Shown here piece by piece: positions 15,920 through 22,354 of a stretch of DNA of 24,734 nt. Within the stretch, counting starts at the first letter, position 1. The number at the start of each line of letters is the position of its first letter. Position numbers and translations under genes: made by a program. This DNA is from a virus (taxonomy: Duplodnaviria > Caudoviricetes), in the IMG/VR virus record IMGVR_UViG_3300025751_000141, positions 1 through 24,734 of that record, one strand, 5' to 3'. A model generated the notes under the pieces. That model made no database searches. It saw nothing but the letters and a program-made list of their open reading frames with translations, and was not told the origin of the DNA.

Positions 15920-17814
15920 GCACGTCTACCACTTGGCTGTAAGTCAAGGCGAGTCGCTCCAACTCGCCACTTATACCCCTTCTGATCCACTGCGGAAGCA
16001 TCGTCATCACTTTCAAATCGGAGGACTATCTGCCTGCCGCGCGTCCTAACGCTCTTAAATGTCGTTGTTTGCGTAATCTGGTTTGTACTGTCCGTTATTA
16101 AAGACTGTCCCGGAAACTCACGGCGCTTAAGGACAATGTTCATGACTGGGTTTGTGCTCACGCCTGTCTCAATAACAAAAGCCATATCCGGTATGAGCTT
16201 CTTGACGAAAGCCAAGCTGTCGCCAGAGCTTATGTCAATGTCAGCCGACTCTATGTAAACGCCAGTCATAGCATCTTCATAAGCGTCAAACCCGGTCTCG
16301 TGTTGAAAAATGCACTGCTGAGACGAGCTTTCCGCCGACGCAAAAGGAAGGTCTTCAATACCCGCATCAAGCCATGCGTAACGAATCAAAGAACCAATGG
16401 ACCAATGGTTTTCTTCGTAGTTGTAAATTACATAACGCGAGACCTCACCCGTGCCATCTTCGATGCTCGGGTAGAAGAACCACACCTCGCCAAACTCTGA
16501 GTTGACGCCCATGTGGCACTTAAATGCTTGACCTAAGTCTAGGTCGTTAAACACGTACTCCTGAACCGAGCAGGGAAGCTTCTGCACCGAGCCGTTGTAG
16601 AAGTAGAAACCAGTCTTACTCGCGAAATACACACCGTTTGGTGCGTTACAGGCCGCTTTGGGACCGACAAGACCGGAGCCTTCGTTGACCAAGTTCATCG
16701 CAAAGGTCAGGGGAGGGCCAATAAATGTCATCGAATATAGACTCGTGTCGGTCCATATCAAGACCTCTTGCCGAGACTTGATGCCGCCGACAATGAACGA
16801 GCCGCTAGACAAACGCACATCGCCAGCGCTGTTAGTCGCCGTGGGCGTAAAATCCAGATCATTTTCGGAGTCTGAGAAAGCGACCAACATAGGGTCAATA
16901 ATGCCTGTCCGTGTGCCCCCAACCAAGGGATCAACGCCCATGCAAATCAAGTGCCGGTTGGTCTCTGACGTCAGTACCTGCAAAGCAACTGTTGGTACGC
17001 CACTTGCACCGGCCTGCTGAGAAAGCTCCTGCGCTCTCACAGTAACGCCATTGTTTTCTACCCAACGGTAAATACCACCACCGCGCGGGTTAATAATTAG
17101 GTTCTCACCGTAATTGTCGTGCGTCCAAAGACGTAGCTGTCCAGCCGCAGAAATGGCGCTAGAAGAGCCCCAGCCGCCAGCTCCCCACGTACCAACGCCC
17201 CAACCCGTGGACTTAACAAAGGTGTCAAGGCCAACATTTATTTGATATGCGCCCACAACCGATGACCCACCGTTGCCACTATCACTGCTATTCGCCGTAA
17301 CAGTAGCGCCGCTCGTGTCTTTAGCGACTAGCTCATAGGTATTTAAGCTCGTTACGAGGCTGATTTGATACTCTTGGTTAAGCACTTCTGCCGTAATGTT
17401 ACCTCCAAGGGTAGAGGCGCCACTAAAAGTAACAAAATCATTGCTGACAGCCCCATGATCCGTGTCAGTCACTGTGATCGTAGAAGATCCGTCTGTGGCG
17501 CTGAAAGTAACGTCGCCAGCAGAGGTGGTAAGTCTTATCGGGGTGATGTCGTTGAACGACTCACCCTCCTCGATGTAATACTTGAAGGTCGTGCCCAGTC
17601 CCAGAAAACGAGTGCCGCCGAGAGAAATCCAACTATGAAGAGCGCGAGCAAGCCCAAGGTAATAACTGCTACCAAGCTTATTCCAGCCGCCAACCTTTTC
17701 CACGCGGCCTTTGCGAAATCTAATGAGGTTTCCGTCCACCCAGCCACCTTTGGCCGCATAGTCAGTCGACTCCTTGTCAATCCCCGGCTGAAATTCTATC
17801 GTCTGTAACGGCAT
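15916..17814 (-). CDS. Tail nozzle / packaged-DNA stabilization protein (P22 gp10 / T7 gp12-like)
   Basis: 632 aa, beta-rich. N-terminal PGIDKEST.Y...GGW.DGN.IRFR.G..EK.GGW, propeller-like segments (IWTDTSLYSM.FIGPP, EVWFFYPS, YVIYNY.E..W), C-terminal R.RGRQ...RF...G..R.D..P.GRR. Confidence 0.72.
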   Translation of the reverse strand: MPLQTIEFQPGIDKESTDYAAKGGWVDGNLIRFRKGRVEKVGGWNKLGSSYYLGLARALHSWISLGGTRFLGLGTTFKYYIEEGESFNDITPIRLTTSAGDVTFSATDGSSTITVTDTDHGAVSNDFVTFSGASTLGGNITAEVLNQEYQISLVTSLNTYELVAKDTSGATVTANSSDSGNGGSSVVGAYQINVGLDTFVKSTGWGVGTWGAGGWGSSSAISAAGQLRLWTHDNYGENLIINPRGGGIYRWVENNGVTVRAQELSQQAGASGVPTVALQVLTSETNRHLICMGVDPLVGGTRTGIIDPMLVAFSDSENDLDFTPTATNSAGDVRLSSGSFIVGGIKSRQEVLIWTDTSLYSMTFIGPPLTFAMNLVNEGSGLVGPKAACNAPNGVYFASKTGFYFYNGSVQKLPCSVQEYVFNDLDLGQAFKCHMGVNSEFGEVWFFYPSIEDGTGEVSRYVIYNYEENHWSIGSLIRYAWLDAGIEDLPFASAESSSQQCIFQHETGFDAYEDAMTGVYIESADIDISSGDSLAFVKKLIPDMAFVIETGVSTNPVMNIVLKRREFPGQSLITDSTNQITQTTTFKSVRTRGRQIVLRFESDDDASAVDQKGYKWRVGATRLDLQPSGRRA

Positions 17815-17823
17815 ACCAAGGCA

Positions 17824-18252
17824 TCACGCAAGCCGGATAATTGCACCCGTTGCCGTAGGCGACGGAAATACAATTGTGAAATTGCCTGCCGTGCTGGTTT
17901 TATCCCCTCCAAAATCAATCGCGGCTACTGATTTATCTGATTGCGTGTCGTTGTATATTAAACAACCGCGAGCCGTAACCGTAGCGGTTCCAAACGTCAG
18001 GTCTGCAAAATCAACTATCGCAGTCGTTCCAGACGTAGTGGGGGTGACATTGGTAAGCGCATTACCGCCAGCCGTGTAGTTTGTGCCAGAAACCTCGTTT
18101 GTGGTTGTGTACGCGGTTGTGGAGGCGCCGAGAGTCGCAGAGCTGGTATACAAAGCCAGCTTAAATGTGTTGCCTGAGCTGTTAGTGAAGTTGTGAGTGC
18201 CTACTAACAATTCCTGCTTAAACGATGTACAGATCGCCGATGTGATAGCCAT
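17824..18252 (-). CDS. Tail structural protein (142 aa, Thr/Ser-rich beta protein)
   Basis: FK.ELL...FKLALYT...NEVSGT.Y.AGG.L...DFAD..F...ARG.LIYN...DFGGDK...F pattern typical of phage tail proteins. Confidence 0.7.
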   Translation of the reverse strand: MAITSAICTSFKQELLVGTHNFTNSSGNTFKLALYTSSATLGASTTAYTTTNEVSGTNYTAGGNALTNVTPTTSGTTAIVDFADLTFGTATVTARGCLIYNDTQSDKSVAAIDFGGDKTSTAGNFTIVFPSPTATGAIIRLA

Positions 18253-18253
18253 T

Positions 18254-18544
18254 TTATAGCTCCTTCAGTAAGTCAGCCATTTGGTTATGACCTTGACGCC
18301 TTAGAATAACCGATAAAGTAGTACGGTCACTAGCAATGGCGCTGTTAATCCCCCTCAATACTACTTCATAAACTTGCTGTCGGAAAGCCTCGGCTTGTTG
18401 CCTAACGTGAGGATCGGCGTTTTCTGAAATGCTAACAAGCCTATCTGTGACAATTTTTGCCCAAAAATCAGGATCGTGGCCGCCATCGTTGGATGTCGCC
18501 ACCATAACGCTTCCCAGTCCAGAGTCCGCACTTTGAGAAATCAT
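18254..18544 (-). CDS. Conserved hypothetical protein (96 aa)
   Basis: Coupled into the late operon (ATGA overlap); mostly helical after an N-terminal SGLGSVMVATS strand. Confidence 0.7.
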   Translation of the reverse strand: MISQSADSGLGSVMVATSNDGGHDPDFWAKIVTDRLVSISENADPHVRQQAEAFRQQVYEVVLRGINSAIASDRTTLSVILRRQGHNQMADLLKEL

Positions 18545-19263
18545 CCTTTGTACGGCTCCGGCGCTGAAGGCATTTCTATCTGCTTAAAGTTAAACTGCCT
18601 GCGAGCCTCGTCAAATTCTGACTGAGGGCAAACCATAAACTGGCCTTCTTGATCTGTCATGACAAGCATTGGATCATCTAGCCGATGGTAGCCATAGAGG
18701 CGTTCTGCTGGTACGACGTTGCTATCCAGTAGAGCTGACTTCTGGCTTACACCCACACCCACTCCCTGCGAGATACATCGAGAGACCCAGAACTCGACGC
18801 ATCCTCGTCCTGCTTCTGCAAAATGCAGGTTGTGTTTGTAACTAAAATCCATGCCAAACAGATCGATATGAGCCACTTTATTGTAGAGCGCGTACGCCAT
18901 TGCGTACGCCACAGTGTTGTTGAGATAAGCGCACCGCTGATCATCAATCACATCCTTAATGGGGTACTCAACGATTGCCGGTACCCGCTCATCAAGCTCG
19001 CACGAATAAATAGGTTTATCAAACGTAGGCAGTAAACGACGCATGACGTCAGTCTGGCCACCCGCATCTTCCGTGTCCAAGTACCGGGACGCAGGGTCCA
19101 GCATAAACACACGGTCACAATCAAAAACAGATAAGGCGGCGTTGATACACCATACCTCATCCCACTGCTGACTGTTTTCTACTCCAATTACGTAGTCAAT
19201 TTGAGAAGCGCCAAGGCCTATCAGGGCGACTCTGGCCCCCTCCAACTCCGGTATGCGTGACAT
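18541..19263 (-). CDS. Glycosyltransferase-like protein (GT29/GT42 sialyltransferase, Maf/DUF115-type fold)
   Basis: VALIGLGAS...VWCIN...DRVFMLD...NTVAYAMAYA...IDLFGMDF matches the I.G.G.S / N / D / I.L.G.D motif order of this fold. Confidence 0.55.
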   Translation of the reverse strand: MSRIPELEGARVALIGLGASQIDYVIGVENSQQWDEVWCINAALSVFDCDRVFMLDPASRYLDTEDAGGQTDVMRRLLPTFDKPIYSCELDERVPAIVEYPIKDVIDDQRCAYLNNTVAYAMAYALYNKVAHIDLFGMDFSYKHNLHFAEAGRGCVEFWVSRCISQGVGVGVSQKSALLDSNVVPAERLYGYHRLDDPMLVMTDQEGQFMVCPQSEFDEARRQFNFKQIEMPSAPEPYKG

Positions 19264-19910
19264 TAACTAACACCTGTTCTCAACAAGTCATATCTATATT
19301 CATCGCGAGTAGCGCGGCCTTCGCTCACGTTCTTCATTCTCGCGATCCCCTCCTTGAATCGAGTCTCAAACGTCTGAATAACGTCTGGAGCCTCTTTCAG
19401 GAATATCGCCGCCTCGACCAAGGTTCCATACAGCAAAGGATCTGGATGGTCCGTAGACAAGACAGTGGTTCCTGAATCTGCACCCGCCGTCAATGAGGCT
19501 GGCTTGTAAAGATAGTGAAGCTCCACCGAATAACCAGAATCCGGTATAGGCGACACTTCAAAAGCCGTCTCATCAAACAATGAGTAATACTTTGGTTGTG
19601 CTGTGGTGGTTGTTACAGGGCTGTACTCTTTGATGAAAGATGGATGTTTGTAGTCCAAATAATAATATCTGTCACCACTAATTACAGCCAAAGAAAAAGG
19701 CGCAAAAAAGTCAGACGGGGTCGCTAAAAACCGATTTCCGGTGGTCAGTGTTCCTGTGACGTTCTTACGTTGCTCGGGCAACTGCACAAGCTTGAAAATA
19801 CGGCTTTCTGCTTCCTCAATAAATGTGTTGAGGTTGTTGTTGAAGGTTGTTTCGTCAACCTGCAAGTAGTCTTGTACCGTCGATTTTAGGGTGGCTAATG
19901 TAAAACTCAT
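19263..19910 (-). CDS. Head-tail adaptor / tail tubular protein A-like (215 aa)
   Basis: Helical N-terminus (FIEEAESRI), beta core (PSDF, PKYYS.F, PIPDSGY.VELHY) and helical C-terminus (LLYGTLVEA..FLK). Confidence 0.7.
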   Translation of the reverse strand: MSFTLATLKSTVQDYLQVDETTFNNNLNTFIEEAESRIFKLVQLPEQRKNVTGTLTTGNRFLATPSDFFAPFSLAVISGDRYYYLDYKHPSFIKEYSPVTTTTAQPKYYSLFDETAFEVSPIPDSGYSVELHYLYKPASLTAGADSGTTVLSTDHPDPLLYGTLVEAAIFLKEAPDVIQTFETRFKEGIARMKNVSEGRATRDEYRYDLLRTGVS

Positions 19911-20230
19911 GACGTGGTCACCTCAACCGTGCCTAATCCACTGTTTATTTGATAAGTCGTAAGCTGTGTGCCTAGTATACCTTGACCCACATTCGTGTAG
20001 ACAGTAAAAAAGTTTCCGTCGTTACCGTCCGCCGCCTGATCAATTCGTGGATTTTTTAAAGCTTCAGGATCAACTGGTGTAGGTTTTGGCATCAACTGAG
20101 GATGCTTTGGAGACCATTGATCAGGTCCCACGAGCAACCCATCCCAAGTCTTTTTCATGTCCTTGAGCCGATAGCGGAAGCCCGTTATGTCACAGATCCC
20201 GTAAGCTCGCTTGTTAGATGCGAAGGCCAT
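19907..20230 (-). CDS. Conserved small virion-associated protein (107 aa)
   Basis: GICDITGFRY...W.GLLV......KHPQL...DPEAL.NPR; coupled on both sides; ends GLGTVEVTTS. Confidence 0.7.
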   Translation of the reverse strand: MAFASNKRAYGICDITGFRYRLKDMKKTWDGLLVGPDQWSPKHPQLMPKPTPVDPEALKNPRIDQAADGNDGNFFTVYTNVGQGILGTQLTTYQINSGLGTVEVTTS

Positions 20231-20925
20231 TATGCTATGTCGTAACTTCTGGTGTCAGGAGCAATGCGGAAGCTTGATCGAGGCTCGTCTTGAGAGAGTG
20301 CTCGCAAAAACTCCTCTTCATAAAGCTGTTTAAGAAGTTGCACTTTTTCAGGCGCTCTTTTAAGGGCGAGATAATACGCAAGTCCTGCCGCAAGGCACGG
20401 ATAAAACCGAAATGGGACTTCCATGGTATTTACGCCAACGTCCGCATCATCCATGCGAGTAAGCACGTTCATGTACACGGTATAGGTTGAGCTCTTGTCT
20501 GGCACAGGCCAAACGGTAATTGTAGGCGTCAACTGCTTGTCAATTAGATATTGGTTTGGCTTTCCTGTCGTCGACTTCGTCGCTAAGTTTGCATACTCAG
20601 CACGAGACATACGGCTTAGCGGAATGTCAGTTGTTGTCCCCTGCGAGGTTTCTCTAATAAATACGTCTAACACGTCAATTGTCGCGGTAGGATCACTTGA
20701 GTCAATATTGTATTTACCCGTGCTTTGTACCATAGGGACGGTCTTTTCTTTGATCGTCCATTGATTCAATCCGCGATTAGCCCACTCGGCCAGCATAAGG
20801 TTCAAAGATCTCTGAGCTGACTTCAAGTCATAACCCGTTCTAAGCTCTAAGCCACAACGCTCAAAAGCCTCTTCAACGTAGTCGGCTACGTCTAACTCGA
20901 AATCTTTACTCCCGCTCGTCGCCAT
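20230..20925 (-). CDS. Second head-tail adaptor / tail tubular protein A-like (231 aa)
   Basis: Start moved to MATSGS (20925). EEAFERCG...RSLNLMLAEWANRG, GKPNQY, VWPVPD...Y, P.RF.PCL.AGLAYYLA.K; same helix-beta-helix layout as 19263-19910. Confidence 0.7.
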   Translation of the reverse strand: MATSGSKDFELDVADYVEEAFERCGLELRTGYDLKSAQRSLNLMLAEWANRGLNQWTIKEKTVPMVQSTGKYNIDSSDPTATIDVLDVFIRETSQGTTTDIPLSRMSRAEYANLATKSTTGKPNQYLIDKQLTPTITVWPVPDKSSTYTVYMNVLTRMDDADVGVNTMEVPFRFYPCLAAGLAYYLALKRAPEKVQLLKQLYEEEFLRALSQDEPRSSFRIAPDTRSYDIA

Positions 20926-21601
20926 TTTCTGCACCCGCGTATAAGTTGTCGAACACTTGGTTCACGTCCAAGGTGTAGTCTAAGTCAGATTTGCTGTAAT
21001 GGATATGCTGGGAAGGCCTAAAATCTGGGGCGCCATCACCTAGCTCGAACTGCGCAGGTCGCGTTACTCTTACTCGGTTATTAGGTAACGCAACAATATT
21101 ACCCGTCCACTCCCCCGCATCGAGCAACTCCAGCACATGGCTTTGCTTGTGTTGTGCAGGGTCGTCCGCCGTATCTGACTCGGTATAATCCACAGTAAAG
21201 TAGTATTTTGCCGGGTAAAACTTGCCATCAATTTTTGCCATCCAAGGGCATGGGTCACAGTTTTCTAACTTGTAGACGCTGTGGGTTCGAGATGCGCAGT
21301 CCCACGGCTGTGCCGCCCAAACAGGCATTGGCTCAGCCCATTTATCGAAGGGGGTGTCCCCCACGAGAGCGGTGATAGGCATACGAGCCCACATTGCGCC
21401 CCCGTGGAGGTTCGGCTCATCGGTATCGTAAGTCTCAGCCCCGGTAAATATGACCTGAAAAGACAGGCATCGCTTGGGTAGCGTCGTGACACCGATGACC
21501 ATGGCATGAAGAAATTCGCCATGGTATTTCTCGTGATTGTGCGTGTACTCTTTTCTGACCCAGCACTTAAAGTACGGGATGCTGGACTGGAGAAATGCCA
21601 T
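20906..21601 (-). CDS. Conserved phage hypothetical protein (231 aa)
   Basis: Well-formed ORF coupled by TAATG; globular, aromatic/His/Cys-rich (GAMWARMPI, QPWDC.S, HKQSH, PNNR.R). No function recognised. Confidence 0.75.
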   Translation of the reverse strand: MAFLQSSIPYFKCWVRKEYTHNHEKYHGEFLHAMVIGVTTLPKRCLSFQVIFTGAETYDTDEPNLHGGAMWARMPITALVGDTPFDKWAEPMPVWAAQPWDCASRTHSVYKLENCDPCPWMAKIDGKFYPAKYYFTVDYTESDTADDPAQHKQSHVLELLDAGEWTGNIVALPNNRVRVTRPAQFELGDGAPDFRPSQHIHYSKSDLDYTLDVNQVFDNLYAGAENGDERE

Positions 21602-22077
21602 TATCGGCCATATAGTCCGCTGTTTTTGTTTGAAGGAGCGCGCACTGAATTAGACGTGGCTTTGCTCTTCATAGCGCCGCCAGCGGCCTTTCCCTTAGCT
21701 TTCATCATGCCAGATCCGGGTCTTCCTACAGCAATCATAACTTGCGTTGCGTCTTCTTTATTGCCAGCGCCACCTTTAGCGTAACCTTTAGTCTTCATTT
21801 TCATGATTGAGCCTCCCTCGGCCGCAAACGTACTTACATTAGTGGGCTTACCACCCACACCTTGCTTTTTCGCTCGCTTGCGCCTGACGGCGGAAGCTAC
21901 TTGTTTCTTTGACATCTTTGCGGCCTTAGCCGCAGGCACACATTTCGGATAGTCACGATCTGAATCATCGGCGCTTTGGCGGCCACACTTTTCATAGCCG
22001 CCGCCCTCTTTTGGGGCGCTAATATCAACCCAGTTCTCGCTTCCGAACCAGTCTTTAAGTCCGCGTTTTTTAGCCAC
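21601..22077 (-). CDS. Basic protein (DUF5872-like N-domain) with a Lys/Gly-rich tail carrying three xAxGG motifs
   Basis: GL..WF..ENWVDI...CGR...YPKCVP..KA..M...AVRRKR; the family name is from recollection. Confidence 0.6.
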   Translation of the reverse strand: MAKKRGLKDWFGSENWVDISAPKEGGGYEKCGRQSADDSDRDYPKCVPAAKAAKMSKKQVASAVRRKRAKKQGVGGKPTNVSTFAAEGGSIMKMKTKGYAKGGAGNKEDATQVMIAVGRPGSGMMKAKGKAAGGAMKSKATSNSVRAPSNKNSGLYGR

Positions 22078-22354
22078 GAGGCACTCGCACAGTTCTACGC
22101 TTGTTTTGCATCATAGCGCCACAACCCCGAGGTTGCATCTCCACAGAGCCGCCTGTATTCATTTTTTTAGCTTTGACTTCTCCGCCAGTCGCTTTTTTGG
22201 CGCCTTTATATTCTCCTCCCATGCGCTGATACTCTTGCACCATAAATCCGTTTGCGTATGCGGAAGGATATACCTCAAATTTAGCCTTGGCCTTAGCCTT
22301 AGCTTTTTTATAAATTTCGGGGTTAGCGACGTTGTCTGGTATTTTGCTTGCCAT
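22070..22354 (-). CDS. Small basic protein (DUF5872-like) with two xxTGGxV motifs
   Basis: NP..Y.KAKA.AK.KF.VYPSAYANG..V.EY..MGG.Y, then KATGGEV, MNTGGSV and RGCGA. Confidence 0.6.
   Translation of the reverse strand: MASKIPDNVANPEIYKKAKAKAKAKFEVYPSAYANGFMVQEYQRMGGEYKGAKKATGGEVKAKKMNTGGSVEMQPRGCGAMMQNKRRTVRVPRG

Noticed and set aside
17737-17760. YAAKGGWV in the nozzle protein as another GG tag
   Set aside because: It appears to be part of the nozzle's own N-terminal GGW...EK.GGW structural motif, so it was not counted.
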